Sequence record: PZ445429.1
Length of the DNA: 64,000 bases
Strand: one strand, 5' to 3'
From: a phage
The translations under genes and the position numbers were made by a program. Positions 27,178 through 36,117 of this stretch are shown piece by piece. The notes beneath the pieces are model-generated. The model ran no database searches. It was not told the origin of the DNA and worked only from the letters and a program-made list of their open reading frames with translations. Each line of letters opens with the position of its first letter. Within the stretch, counting starts at the first letter, position 1.

Positions 27178-27342
27178 ATGAAATTATTTCGTTTAAAAGT
27201 AAGTGATCTACGTTCTAGCAAAGATCGTAAGAAGTATCCACTAGCCCATTACGGTAAAGATGAAAACGAAGTGATGGCGGAATTTGGTATTAATCATCCT
27301 TACTTAAAAGTCTACTCTATTAAAGAAGTCTATGCTAATTAA
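27178..27342 (+). CDS. small ORF (54 aa), not in track
   Basis: RBS AAGGA before ATG 27178. Confidence 0.35.
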   Translation: MKLFRLKVSDLRSSKDRKKYPLAHYGKDENEVMAEFGINHPYLKVYSIKEVYAN

Positions 27343-27805
27343 TAAAGTTTTAGCTGCCTTAAACCTTCCTGATAACTTCATTATAGATGATAAGCTCATA
27401 AGAGCTTATATGAGCAAATATAACGAAATTTCGGGTAAAGAAGGTAAGTTAAAAACTTCAGAGTTTAGATTCTGTTATCGAATGGCAGCCTTAAATCTCT
27501 TAAAGTATAAAAGGGAGCATAAAATACCTATAACGGAAGGTTTTGTATATGTAATTGGTAATCCAGCATGGCCAGGCATGTATAAAATAGGTATGACTAT
27601 AGATGTGAATGAGAGGTTAGCAAGTTATCAAACTTATTCACCTAATAGAGACTACAAGCTATACCATTTCAGATTTTCGTCGGATAAAAGACGTACAGAG
27701 AAAGAATTACATAATCTTCTTAAAGATTATAGAGTATCTGGAGAATGGTTTGAAGTACCTGTACTAGATGCTTTTAAATTATTAGTAGAAAAATTGGATT
27801 GCTAG
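27332..27805 (+). CDS. T5orf172-type (GIY-YIG-like) domain protein, putative homing endonuclease
   Basis: GFVYVIGNPAWPGMYKIGMT ... EWFEV pattern of GIY-YIG-like/T5orf172 family; 3' end overlaps tRNA start. Confidence 0.55.
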   Translation: MLINKVLAALNLPDNFIIDDKLIRAYMSKYNEISGKEGKLKTSEFRFCYRMAALNLLKYKREHKIPITEGFVYVIGNPAWPGMYKIGMTIDVNERLASYQTYSPNRDYKLYHFRFSSDKRRTEKELHNLLKDYRVSGEWFEVPVLDAFKLLVEKLDC

Positions 27806-27873
27806 CTCAACTGGATAAGAGTAGCGGACCTTTAATCCGTCAGTTCTGGGTTCGAATCCCAGGCAATCCACCA
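27796..27873 (+). tRNA. tRNA-Lys (anticodon UUU), C at position 33
   Basis: anticodon stem GCGGA/UCCGU loop CCUUUAA, T-loop UUCGAAU, CCA; 5' end overlaps stop of ORF 27332-27805. Confidence 0.5.
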
Positions 27874-27877
27874 AATT

Positions 27878-27951
27878 GCTCGGTTAGTTTAATGGGAGAA
27901 CCCCGTCTTTACACGGCGGTTGCGATAGTTCGATTCTATCACCGAGTACCA
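27878..27951 (+). tRNA. tRNA-Val (anticodon UAC)
   Basis: anticodon stem CCGUC/GGCGG loop UUUACAC, T-loop UUCGAUU, CCA. Confidence 0.6.
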
Positions 27952-27970
27952 ATTAACTCAAAATAAGGAA

Positions 27971-28330
27971 TTGCAAATGCAATTATCAAGCAAGGTTCAA
28001 GGCTATTTCGGGCATGTAACAATGGAGTTCGCTATCTCTAAAGGTTGGGACTTCGAACAAGATCTAGCTGAGTTCTACAAAGATATTGATCTGAACGTAC
28101 CATACATGGGACTCTCCACTGGTCAAGAGATCACAGAAGGCGATGTGTTCAAGGCAAGTCAAGGTGAGGTAACACCTAGTTTTGCCAAGTTCTGGTTAGG
28201 TATCACACTGAAAGAAGATGCACCAGAGGATGGTGTGGTTATGCAGAGTATGCACTCTGGAAGCTCTGATTACCTTTTCGTTAGTGACGTTAAGGAAATA
28301 CAAGAAATCGCTAAAAATGTACTTGCTTGA
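27971..28330 (+). CDS. hypothetical protein (119 aa)
   Basis: RBS AAGGAA. Confidence 0.5.
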   Translation: MQMQLSSKVQGYFGHVTMEFAISKGWDFEQDLAEFYKDIDLNVPYMGLSTGQEITEGDVFKASQGEVTPSFAKFWLGITLKEDAPEDGVVMQSMHSGSSDYLFVSDVKEIQEIAKNVLA

Positions 28331-28591
28331 TGCTTAATTTCTTGTTATAATATTTATATAAATTGATGAGGAGAAATCCTCATCAAAGTTCACTAAGGTA
28401 TTAGCTCGACCCAGGACTGGCTGCCAAAAAGCACGATCCCTACGACTCGGGAGAAGTTCTAGATTAGTCCACTAGATTCAGCGGCAACTGAATAGTGTAT
28501 CGGGTTTGTGAAGAGCGGTTATCCTCTACTGGCTAATGTCTGAGGGTAATACGCACACCGAGCTAATAGCCTTAGTAAACTTAAAGATTTT

Positions 28592-28665
28592 GGGGATATA
28601 GTTTAATGGTAGAACATCTGCTTTGCACGCAGAAGACGAGGGTTCAACTCCCTCTTTCTCCACCA
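28592..28665 (+). tRNA. tRNA-Ala (anticodon UGC)
   Basis: G3:U70 pair, anticodon stem UCUGC/GCAGA loop UUUGCAC, T-loop UUCAACU, CCA. Confidence 0.6.
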
Positions 28666-28671
28666 AAATTC

Positions 28672-28747
28672 GGGGTCATAGGTTATTTGGTTAAACTTAC
28701 TGCCTTGCAAGCAGTGGAACTCAGTTCAATTCTGAGTGACTCCACCA
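28672..28747 (+). tRNA. tRNA, anticodon UGC by simplest fold (second Ala-like copy)
   Basis: G3:U70 pair, anticodon stem ACUGC/GCAGU loop CUUGCAA, T-loop UUCAAUU, CCA. Confidence 0.45.
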
Positions 28748-28754
28748 AACAAAT

Positions 28755-28835
28755 GGGGATGTGGCGAAATTGGCAGACGCGCTAGATTTAGGTTCTAGTC
28801 TTCGGGTGTGGGTTCGAGTCCCTCCATCCCTACCA
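28755..28835 (+). tRNA. tRNA-Leu (anticodon UAG), type II
   Basis: anticodon stem CUAGA/UCUAG loop UUUAGGU, long variable arm, T-loop UUCGAGU, discriminator A, CCA. Confidence 0.6.
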
Positions 28836-29009
28836 AACATTGGATTAACTCATGATGAAAACTCCTATAACTGATATCTGGTTAGCTGTTAATACATTAA
28901 CTAAAGAGTATGTGTTTATAGAGTATGGTCAGAGGTATGACCAAAAGATGTATAATCTCATACTTCCAGTATCCGCTAATGAAGTTTATGATTTAATCCT
29001 GAGATCTAC

Positions 29010-29101
29010 GGAAGAGCAAATCGATAGGTGACGAAAACCGCTTGGAAAGTGGCTGACTTGTTAAAGCAGGCTTGAGAGTTCGAATCTCTCTTCTTCCGCC
29101 A
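29010..29101 (+). tRNA. tRNA-Ser (anticodon GGA by best fold), type II, 92 nt
   Basis: acceptor GGAAGAG/UUCUUCC, D-stem UCG/CGA, anticodon loop UUGGAAA, ~20-nt variable arm, T-loop UUCGAAU, CCA. Confidence 0.45.
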
Positions 29102-29108
29102 AACAACT

Positions 29109-29198
29109 GGAAGGTAGGACATAGTGGTATGTAACAGGTCTTGAAAACCTGCCCGCTGTAGCGATATGGTGATGGTTCGACTCCATTACCTTCCTCCA
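29109..29198 (+). tRNA. tRNA-Ser (anticodon UGA), type II
   Basis: acceptor GGAAGGU/ACCUUCC, anticodon stem CAGGU/ACCUG loop CUUGAAA, long variable arm, T-loop UUCGACU, CCA. Confidence 0.65.
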
Positions 29199-29214
29199 AC
29201 TAATAAGGAAAAAT

Positions 29215-29550
29215 ATGAGTAGTTATACTAAAATGTATATTGCAGTACTAGATGAAGCACCCGATTATATGGTACCAACTCTAGTTGCTCACTCTGTTTT
29301 AAACGCTCATATTAAGTTTCAGGATGACCCTAGGTATGGGGATTGGCTTGATAATTCTTTTAAGAAAGTAATTCTTAGGGTTAATAAAAAAGAATTTAAA
29401 AAGATCATATCTACCCTAGAGTGTTACGTAGGTTTTGAGCGCACTATCTGTAATGCAGAACCTAGCTGTTTAGTAGTTATGCCTATGAGTTCTGTTGATA
29501 TGCCAAATGTTTTAAAATTTGCTAGACTTTGGAAACCTAAAGATGTTTAG
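29215..29550 (+). CDS. hypothetical protein (111 aa)
   Basis: RBS AAGGAAAAA. Confidence 0.5.
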   Translation: MSSYTKMYIAVLDEAPDYMVPTLVAHSVLNAHIKFQDDPRYGDWLDNSFKKVILRVNKKEFKKIISTLECYVGFERTICNAEPSCLVVMPMSSVDMPNVLKFARLWKPKDV

Positions 29551-29938
29551 CAACTAGTATTCTTGAAGTATGCCGGAATCGGTAGACGGGGCTTCCTAAA
29601 GGGCGTAAGGGGAACATCCACTCCTCATAAGATACCCGAAAACGAGGCTGAGATAAATGGTCTATCTCATGAAGGTTCAAGTCCTTCTGCTTCTTGATAT
29701 TCAATGGCTCAAAGTGTAACGGTGCTATTTGATGTTCTTAGTAAGACTTTCCCGACATGCGTTCGGGAGTAAGCTGCTAAGGCTAGAGTAGAAGAGTTTC
29801 GGAGAGCCGCCACAATTGAGTATTACTAGAGAGCATTCGCAAGAAAGAATCAGGAGAAAGACCTGTGCGCAGAATGACTAACTTTGGTACCTTAGACGGC
29901 CAAATGGAGGACTGATCATCCCCTAATAGTATTCAATT

Positions 29939-30015
29939 GTGGCTATATCATAATTGGTTAATGATCCTGATTGTGAATCAGGCCTATGTGGATTCGAATT
30001 CCACTAGCCACCCCA
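29939..30015 (+). tRNA. tRNA-His (anticodon GUG)
   Basis: acceptor GUGGCUA/UAGCCAC, anticodon stem CCUGA/UCAGG loop UUGUGAA, T-loop UUCGAAU, discriminator C, CCA. Confidence 0.65.
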
Positions 30016-30021
30016 AATATT

Positions 30022-30096
30022 GCGTCCTTATTTCAACGGAAAGAATGTAAAGCTACGAACTTTACGATCGGGGTTCGATTCCCTGAGGATGCACCA
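30022..30096 (+). tRNA. tRNA-Arg (anticodon ACG)
   Basis: anticodon stem UAAAG/CUUUA loop CUACGAA, T-loop UUCGAUU, CCA. Confidence 0.65.
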
Positions 30097-30120
30097 ATTA
30101 ACTTAAACAGGAAATAAAAT

Positions 30121-30321
30121 ATGGCTGATTTCTGCAAAGAATGCTCTATTGATATGTGGGGAAGAGATACTGGTGATCTTTCTGGTCTGATTACAGAAGC
30201 CGAAGTTAAAGAAGGCTATGGTGCCGTTGTAATCTGTGAAGGTTGTGGCATTATCCGTGTTGATCATAATGGTAAACGTCTAGAAGAGCCTGATCCAATC
30301 GCCACGGTTTCTGTAGAATAA
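30121..30321 (+). CDS. small zinc-binding protein (66 aa)
   Basis: CKEC ... CEGC; RBS CAGGAAA. Confidence 0.45.
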   Translation: MADFCKECSIDMWGRDTGDLSGLITEAEVKEGYGAVVICEGCGIIRVDHNGKRLEEPDPIATVSVE

Positions 30322-30329
30322 AAAATTAT

Positions 30330-30405
30330 TGGAGTGTAGCTCAACTGGCAGAGCGACGGTTTCTGACACCGTAGGTTTCTAGTTCGATCCTAGACATTCC
30401 AGCCA
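30330..30405 (+). tRNA. tRNA-Gln (anticodon CUG)
   Basis: anticodon stem ACGGU/ACCGU loop UUCUGAC, T-loop UUCGAUC, discriminator G, CCA. Confidence 0.6.
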
Positions 30406-30411
30406 AACAAT

Positions 30412-30489
30412 TGGGGATTAGCTTAGCTTGGCCTAAAGCTTCGGCCTTTGAAGTCGAGATCATTGGTTCAAATCCAATATCCCCTGCCA
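30412..30489 (+). tRNA. tRNA-Gln (anticodon UUG)
   Basis: D-stem GCUU/AAGC, anticodon stem UCGGC/GUCGA loop CUUUGAA, T-loop UUCAAAU, discriminator G, CCA; U1:U72. Confidence 0.55.
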
Positions 30490-30497
30490 AACAATAA

Positions 30498-30573
30498 GCG
30501 GTTAAGCACACGGGTTGTGCCGCAGGCCTTCCAAGCCCCGCTGAGTAGGGTTCGATTCCCTCTAGCCGCTCCA
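30498..30573 (+). tRNA. tRNA, possibly Gly (anticodon UCC), weak anticodon stem
   Basis: acceptor GCGGUUA/UAGCCGC, candidate loop CUUCCAA, T-loop UUCGAUU, CCA. Confidence 0.4.
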
Positions 30574-30590
30574 ACTTTAAGGAAACATTT

Positions 30591-30812
30591 ATGCACGTTT
30601 TTGAGTTTCGTGATAAAAGTAACAATAAACGAGTTATTGTTATTGGAGAAACATACCTAGCATACGAACAAACTGACGGCTCTGTTATCTTGAATGATGA
30701 GAAAGCAAATTTTAGCTTTTATCCAGAAGAACCTTATGAAGAGTTTCGTACTAAGTTTCTTTTACCAGACTGGCTAGCAGTAGCCGAGCAACTAGAATCC
30801 GAAGATGGCTGA
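30591..30812 (+). CDS. hypothetical protein (73 aa)
   Basis: RBS AAGGAAA. Confidence 0.45.
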   Translation: MHVFEFRDKSNNKRVIVIGETYLAYEQTDGSVILNDEKANFSFYPEEPYEEFRTKFLLPDWLAVAEQLESEDG

Positions 30813-30969
30813 TAACCTGAAACTAAAGGTTGACAAACAAAAGAAACGTGTAGAGATTGAGCTTGGTGACGAACGCCTAGCACTATCCTTCGAGTTTCTT
30901 CAGCAGTTGGCGATGACAGTAATGTCTGATAAGTCTCCTGTATTTGAAAAAGAAATCCCGTTGAAATGA
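30805..30969 (+). CDS. small ORF (54 aa), not in track
   Basis: ATG overlapping previous stop (ATGGCTGA); ends just before tRNA-Thr. Confidence 0.3.
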   Translation: MADNLKLKVDKQKKRVEIELGDERLALSFEFLQQLAMTVMSDKSPVFEKEIPLK

Positions 30970-30979
30970 CGGGTTTATT

Positions 30980-31054
30980 GCTCCTAAAGCATTGCTGGCG
31001 ATGCAGTTGCCTTGTAAGCATCTGAACTGGGTTCGACTCCTGGTGGGAGCACCA
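30980..31054 (+). tRNA. tRNA-Thr (anticodon UGU)
   Basis: D-stem GCAU/AUGC, anticodon loop CUUGUAA, T-loop UUCGACU, CCA. Confidence 0.6.
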
Positions 31055-31128
31055 AATTTAAAAATTCATTTGCCTTCTCTCTTATTTCTTGTTATAATAT
31101 TTATATAAATTAATGAGAGGGAAACCAA

Positions 31129-31422
31129 ATGAAACGTTATCTTTCTGTCGTATTCCAAACGGGTGGTCAACGCTATACTTACGAATTTCCTGAGTCTTGG
31201 AAAATTAAAGAAGGTGATCAAGTTGTTGTATTAACACCTCGTGAAGGCTTCAAAGTAGTAACGGTTAAACAAGTCTTTCCAAAAGATCACGAACCATCTA
31301 AGTCTATTCAGTACAAGATGATTCACGGTCTGGTACGAAAAGTACCTAGAACAGAAGTCGAAGTAGATAAAACTGGGGAAGCTAAATACCAGTATACTTC
31401 TTACTTGGATGAAATGATGTAA
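31129..31422 (+). CDS. hypothetical protein (97 aa)
   Basis: promoter ~31068-31096, RBS GAGAGGGAAA. Confidence 0.5.
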   Translation: MKRYLSVVFQTGGQRYTYEFPESWKIKEGDQVVVLTPREGFKVVTVKQVFPKDHEPSKSIQYKMIHGLVRKVPRTEVEVDKTGEAKYQYTSYLDEMM

Positions 31423-31423
31423 T

Positions 31424-31499
31424 GCTCTGATAGTTCAACAGGTTAGAACAGGCGACCGATAATCGTCAAATCTTGGTTCGATCCCAAGTCGGAGTACCA
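31424..31499 (+). tRNA. tRNA-Ile (anticodon GAU)
   Basis: D-stem GUUC/GAAC, anticodon stem GGCGA/UCGUC loop CCGAUAA, T-loop UUCGAUC, CCA. Confidence 0.55.
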
Positions 31500-31505
31500 A
31501 ATTAT

Positions 31506-31581
31506 AGTTAGTTGGCAGAGTGGTTATGCACCTCCTTCATACGGAGCGACTACAGTGGTTCAACTCCACTACTAACTACCA
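31506..31581 (+). tRNA. tRNA with CAU anticodon (third copy; Met/fMet/Ile-lysidine)
   Basis: acceptor AGUUAGU/ACUAACU, anticodon loop UUCAUAC, T-loop UUCAACU, CCA. Confidence 0.55.
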
Positions 31582-31764
31582 AAGATAAGATCAGGCCTTT
31601 GTGCCAGATCTCTGTGTTTATTAAACTGAATGGGACTATCAATCCACAAGCCGGACTACGAGCGATTATCGGGTATTCACTTAATAAACAGCCTGCCTCC
31701 CAGTTTTTATCTTGCTTCTGGGTTAACAAAAAGCTGAGCCAAATTCTAACATCAGGGAGATCTA

Positions 31765-32133
31765 ATGAAAGCATATCAAAGTCTTAAGTCTGGCGTAATT
31801 AACCTTGTTCATGATAACCAGATCATTCAGCTATATTCTAAAGATGGTGAACTTAAACAAAAGGTTCTAGTTGAAGATCTAGAGGATATCACACCTCATT
31901 TTGACCCTGAGGCCTTCCGCATTGTAGATGTAGAAGTGGTTCCTCAAGTCGAGGGTGGTCAGCACCTAAATGTCAATGTGTTAAGCCGTGATCAGCTTTT
32001 GGATGCACAGAAACATCCTGAAAAATATCCTCAGTTGACCATCCGTGTCTCTGGCTATGCTGTTCGATTTAACGCATTGACGCGTGAACAACAGAACGAC
32101 GTTATTAGTCGTACATTTACTCAGGCGATATAA
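31765..32133 (+). CDS. hypothetical protein (122 aa)
   Basis: RBS GGGAGA. Confidence 0.5.
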   Translation: MKAYQSLKSGVINLVHDNQIIQLYSKDGELKQKVLVEDLEDITPHFDPEAFRIVDVEVVPQVEGGQHLNVNVLSRDQLLDAQKHPEKYPQLTIRVSGYAVRFNALTREQQNDVISRTFTQAI

Positions 32134-32214
32134 TGGGGTTTGGATACGATTTCTCCCAGCTACGCAAGGTAGTCGAGCAAACTCCATTTATCTCCCAAGT
32201 TTTAGGAGAAATGT

Positions 32215-32514
32215 GTGGATCGAGCATTAAGACGCCATCACCGGCAACGTGTGAAAAACAATCGCAAGAAGTATTGGACAGTCTTCCCACACGAAGAAAG
32301 TCCTAAGCGGTTAGGCATTATCACTACCACTCCTTGCATCTGTTCTTGTTGGATGTGTGGGAATCCTCGCAAATACTATAAGAATAGTAAAGCAGGCATG
32401 AAAATCTCGGAGATTAAAAAGATGGATGCAATGATTATGGGCATCACCTTTACAGGTGGTATCTCTGATGAATTCGACGGTTTTGTAAATCAGGATATTG
32501 TCGAAATTATCTAA
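32215..32514 (+). CDS. Cys-rich protein (99 aa)
   Basis: GTG start after RBS AGGAG; CICSCWMCG; terminator 32524-32556. An alternative 57-aa frame from ATG 32134 exists. Confidence 0.4.
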   Translation: MDRALRRHHRQRVKNNRKKYWTVFPHEESPKRLGIITTTPCICSCWMCGNPRKYYKNSKAGMKISEIKKMDAMIMGITFTGGISDEFDGFVNQDIVEII

Positions 32515-32523
32515 TTAATAATA

Positions 32524-32560
32524 AACCCCAGCTATTGAATAAGTAGTCTGGGGTTTTCTT
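32524..32560 (+). terminator. rho-independent terminator
   Basis: AACCCCAG...CTGGGGTTTTCTT. Confidence 0.6.
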
Positions 32561-32578
32561 GTATATAGGATTTTCGAA

Positions 32579-32764
32579 ATGAAAATTTTTAAAGTGAACT
32601 ATAGCGGCCTGTGGTTAGGTGGTACAGCTATTGTTGTTGCGGAAACTGCAGAAGAAGCAATCGAACTGGCTAGAAATCATAGAAGTTCTATAGAATTCGA
32701 GAATGTGACAGTAGAAGAACTCCCTAGCAGTGGGGTAGTATACAACGACAACGGAGATTACTAA
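32579..32764 (+). CDS. hypothetical protein (61 aa)
   Basis: short ORF. Confidence 0.4.
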   Translation: MKIFKVNYSGLWLGGTAIVVAETAEEAIELARNHRSSIEFENVTVEELPSSGVVYNDNGDY

Positions 32765-32822
32765 TGTTATATTTTGAAGTTCGTCCACATTAAGTTAATT
32801 TAAAAGACTTAATGGAGGTAAT

Positions 32823-33218
32823 ATGAGCCGTACATATCGTAAACAATCTGGTGATCGTCACTGGCGTGATGCACATCGTTCTACTTATAATTTTCATAGC
32901 ACTAATATCCGTATTCCGTATATCTACACGGATAGGGATGGTAAGCAGTGGAAATATTATCAAGTTCGATCCAATGAAGCATGGGCTAAAACTTGGGATG
33001 AAATTGAGAAGGAGATTCAGGAAAATATCATTCGTAACGAGAAGAAAGATGGGCACTGGTGGGATTCTATTAGTAGAAGTGTTAAGTGGCATTCTAACAA
33101 AATGGTTCGTCAGGGAAACCGTCGTGAACTTCACCGTGTGATGAAAGATCCAGAAAATTACGACTATAATCGTGATCATGACCTGCGTAAGCGTGGGTTA
33201 TGGTGGGTTTATGACTAA
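32823..33218 (+). CDS. basic Trp/His-rich protein (131 aa)
   Basis: RBS GGAGGTAATATG. Confidence 0.5.
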   Translation: MSRTYRKQSGDRHWRDAHRSTYNFHSTNIRIPYIYTDRDGKQWKYYQVRSNEAWAKTWDEIEKEIQENIIRNEKKDGHWWDSISRSVKWHSNKMVRQGNRRELHRVMKDPENYDYNRDHDLRKRGLWWVYD

Positions 33219-33294
33219 TTTCATAAATAATTCATTTGCTAAAACCCTCTCCTTTTGATATAATATTTATATAAATTGATGAGAGGGCTTTGAA

Positions 33295-33567
33295 ATGAAA
33301 GAAGCAGAAATTAATGAAATGGCTAGAATATTCATCGTTTCCTATATGCAAGGCAGTTGCAATAGTTTATTCGAGTCTGCTATAGTATTTCAGGAAATGT
33401 TAGCCGAGAAAGGCGTACATATGGAAGATACTGAAATTGAAGATCTTCTAATGGAAACTTGTAGTAGTGCTGAAGTCTTCCAGTGTGGTAACTGTAATTG
33501 GTGGTGTCCAGAGCATGATCGTTCTGAAGAAGGTTCCTACTGTTCCGATTGTGAAGGAGAAGAATAA
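33295..33567 (+). CDS. Cys-rich protein (90 aa)
   Basis: CGNCNWWC ... CSDC; promoter ~33235-33263. Confidence 0.5.
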   Translation: MKEAEINEMARIFIVSYMQGSCNSLFESAIVFQEMLAEKGVHMEDTEIEDLLMETCSSAEVFQCGNCNWWCPEHDRSEEGSYCSDCEGEE

Positions 33568-33866
33568 TGAATAAGTTTATTATTGCTCTAGTAATTTCAG
33601 CAGTTAGTTTCGGTTCTCTGGCATCTACCAAAGTTTCTATGAAAAATGGTAATGTTAAAGTTCAGCAGAATGGCATTACCACCGAATATGGTAAAGTACG
33701 TGATGTAAAAGAACGTAATGGCAAAGTAGAAATATATACTAATAAAAACTTCTCTACTCCGGCTGTTACTATTAGTAAACGTGGTGAAATCACTACTCAA
33801 CGTACTAATAGTTCTGATTCTTTTACTTGCCGTTATGACTGCGGCTTTGAAGGTGAAGATGAGTAA
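33567..33866 (+). CDS. secreted protein (99 aa)
   Basis: signal peptide MNKFIIALVISAVSFGSLA. Confidence 0.5.
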   Translation: MNKFIIALVISAVSFGSLASTKVSMKNGNVKVQQNGITTEYGKVRDVKERNGKVEIYTNKNFSTPAVTISKRGEITTQRTNSSDSFTCRYDCGFEGEDE

Positions 33867-34278
33867 TTTAGACCCTAGAATTAAACATGCAGTTGAAGAA
33901 ATCCAAGATCAAATCGATGAGGATTTCACTGTTTGGTCAAGATTTGGTAATGGTGAAGGTTGTCAGCTTTATAGCATGAAAATGGGTATCTCGATTGAAC
34001 TTAGTATCAATCCCGAGGGTAACGTAGAAGCCCAACCCATGTTCAGTGTTCCAGGCTTCTCTGGATTTGTTATGGGCATGAAACTATGTCTACCAAATAA
34101 ACATCTTTACCGTGTTATCTGTCAGCTAGAAACAATTAAACATTTCTTGCCAGAAGATAACATTAATGACTACTATCATGAAGTTGTAGCAGCTTACATG
34201 ATGAAAGAACGCAAACGTCGGAGAGCAGAACGTGAAAGAGCTAAATCTCAACAGTCTAGTACAGATTCCAGCAACTGA
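33859..34278 (+). CDS. hypothetical protein (139 aa)
   Basis: ATG 33859 overlapping previous stop. Confidence 0.45.
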   Translation: MSNLDPRIKHAVEEIQDQIDEDFTVWSRFGNGEGCQLYSMKMGISIELSINPEGNVEAQPMFSVPGFSGFVMGMKLCLPNKHLYRVICQLETIKHFLPEDNINDYYHEVVAAYMMKERKRRRAERERAKSQQSSTDSSN

Positions 34279-34528
34279 TGCTGTACTAGACTTCCTCAAG
34301 CAGGAACATATTAAGTTCTGGACTAACTATGCAGAACAGTACGAAGAAACTTCTAGTGCAATAACATTCGCGGATAAACGAATAGCTGAGTATACAGATC
34401 CTAGAGTTAAAAATGGTATGATTACCTTACCACTTTGGGATGTAATGGAAAAGTTTGGTAAAGATTTGTGCCCAGGTTGTATACCATTGTTTGTTACTAT
34501 TCTAATTGACGAAAAGGATCTTAAATGA
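34232..34528 (+). CDS. hypothetical protein (98 aa)
   Basis: GTG start; start uncertain. Confidence 0.35.
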   Translation: MKELNLNSLVQIPATDAVLDFLKQEHIKFWTNYAEQYEETSSAITFADKRIAEYTDPRVKNGMITLPLWDVMEKFGKDLCPGCIPLFVTILIDEKDLK

Positions 34529-34809
34529 TTATCTCTCCATTTGCTTTGTGGTTTGTTATTGGTGCAGTTGTCGCGATTTACAGTCTGATTGATGATCTGT
34601 ATATCTCTAAAAATAAAGATGTTATTCTTTATGTTATAAACAAATATCGTCCGCCAGAATTAGCAGAATTTGACGATGAAAAGATGTTCAAATTCATTAT
34701 GTCAGGTATGCTTATTATGGACACCTTATTCGGGCCAGTAGCTACTTATTTCTTCTTCCGTAAAACTCGTAAGATGAAAAAGTTCCGTGCTGAAATGCAG
34801 AGCAAGTAA
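34525..34809 (+). CDS. membrane protein (94 aa)
   Basis: two TM helices. Confidence 0.45.
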   Translation: MIISPFALWFVIGAVVAIYSLIDDLYISKNKDVILYVINKYRPPELAEFDDEKMFKFIMSGMLIMDTLFGPVATYFFFRKTRKMKKFRAEMQSK

Positions 34810-34925
34810 AGAACTCGCGTAGGACCGAGTTGCGTCACCTGCAACTGTTACGGATAAGGGAGTCGTGCCCCTTAGTGCGGTAAGTGGTGAGTTGGTCGCT
34901 GACCTCAACTTTAACTGGAGATATC

Positions 34926-35273
34926 ATGAGCTTTATTTTATTCATTGTAGCAGCATGGTTTATTATTGGTTTAGGCTATGCTATTGCAGTTATTCGTCAT
35001 CTGGATGAATATTCTGCTGAATGGTTTATTAAGTACCTACGTTTAGACGATCAAGAACACGAGTTCGACAGTGCTGAGGAAAGACAGGCTGTCCAGTCAA
35101 TGACTCCCAAAGAATGCTTGCTTTACATGCGTGTAATTGGTTTCTTTGGACTGTTGGTAGCGGGGCCGCTAGGTCTTACTATTGCTCCCTACAAAGAAGT
35201 TGTTGACGACATTAAACTATGGAGAACCGCTGGATCGCTACGTCGTGCTAGAGAATTAAGTAAACAAGAGTGA
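34926..35273 (+). CDS. membrane protein (115 aa)
   Basis: ATG 34926 after RBS GGAGATATC; TM helices. Confidence 0.45.
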   Translation: MSFILFIVAAWFIIGLGYAIAVIRHLDEYSAEWFIKYLRLDDQEHEFDSAEERQAVQSMTPKECLLYMRVIGFFGLLVAGPLGLTIAPYKEVVDDIKLWRTAGSLRRARELSKQE

Positions 35274-35307
35274 TGATAATCACCTCCTAGCAAGAATAAT
35301 AATGACA

Positions 35308-35343
35308 AAGCCCAGCCTGCAATTTTGCGACTGGGCTATTTTT
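35308..35343 (+). terminator. rho-independent terminator
   Basis: AGCCCAG...CTGGGCTATTTTTG. Confidence 0.6.
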
Positions 35344-35418
35344 GTAATAAAATTTCAGTTGCTCAGATGCCACAAGTATTGTATAATATGTTTATAGATT
35401 GAGGCAAAAGGATAATTT

Positions 35419-36117
35419 ATGAGAATCATTTCAAAGTTCAATGATGTATACGATTTGCAGAATAGTTTATTTGATCCAGATCGTGTCTGGGAGCGTAAAA
35501 CTGAAGAGCTGCTGGTAAAAGTAACTGACGATGTAGAAAAGAATATCGTTCATAATCGTCAGGTGTTTCGTGAGGGTTCCTTATCCTTCCGTGGTGATTT
35601 CGAATACTCAGTAAATCCGCTATTTATTGCAGGTGAAGTTTACTGGTTACATGAGCTGTCCTGCTGGCATCCGGCATTCAGTTTCAAAACGTTCAACATC
35701 GATGCTGTATTTGATAAAATGGAAGAAATGGGATTACATGCCCGTTCTTACTTACTAGATAAGAATCGTGGTGATGTTCGTGAAACCATGCGAGATATGT
35801 TGGTTGAAGCAAAACCTAAAGCAGAACGTATCTTATCTGAACTGCGCGTACCAATTGCGTATGTGAAAGGTATTAAGAAGAACGATAACGATGATGTTCG
35901 TAACTTCGTAATTCAGACAAACATTCGTTTCCACCAGTCAGATATTCCGTGGCAGGAAATTGAAAGTAACTTATACCGTTTACACCAAGTTCTCGAACAG
36001 TATATCTTCGGTGTATTAGGAACTGGTGAGCCTGATATGATTACCGTATCAGATAAAGACAGGTTAGCAGCACATGGATTTGATACAAAAACTTCTTTCA
36101 GGAATATGGCAAGGTAA
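35419..36117 (+). CDS. hypothetical protein (232 aa)
   Basis: promoter ~35355-35383, RBS AAAGGA. Confidence 0.55.
   Translation: MRIISKFNDVYDLQNSLFDPDRVWERKTEELLVKVTDDVEKNIVHNRQVFREGSLSFRGDFEYSVNPLFIAGEVYWLHELSCWHPAFSFKTFNIDAVFDKMEEMGLHARSYLLDKNRGDVRETMRDMLVEAKPKAERILSELRVPIAYVKGIKKNDNDDVRNFVIQTNIRFHQSDIPWQEIESNLYRLHQVLEQYIFGVLGTGEPDMITVSDKDRLAAHGFDTKTSFRNMAR

Noticed and set aside
29551-29700. tRNA suggested by T-arm GAAGG-UUCAAGU-CCUUC near 29670
   Set aside because: No complementary 5' acceptor strand within tRNA distance and no CCA; left as part of an unassigned structured spacer
26171-31787. Track ORFs overlapping tRNA genes (26171-26374 minus, 28993-29199 minus, 30341-30625 minus, 30448-30660, 31512-31787, 31550-31774 minus)
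   Set aside because: Each lies largely within hand-folded tRNAs or the tRNA-like spacers and lacks translation signals
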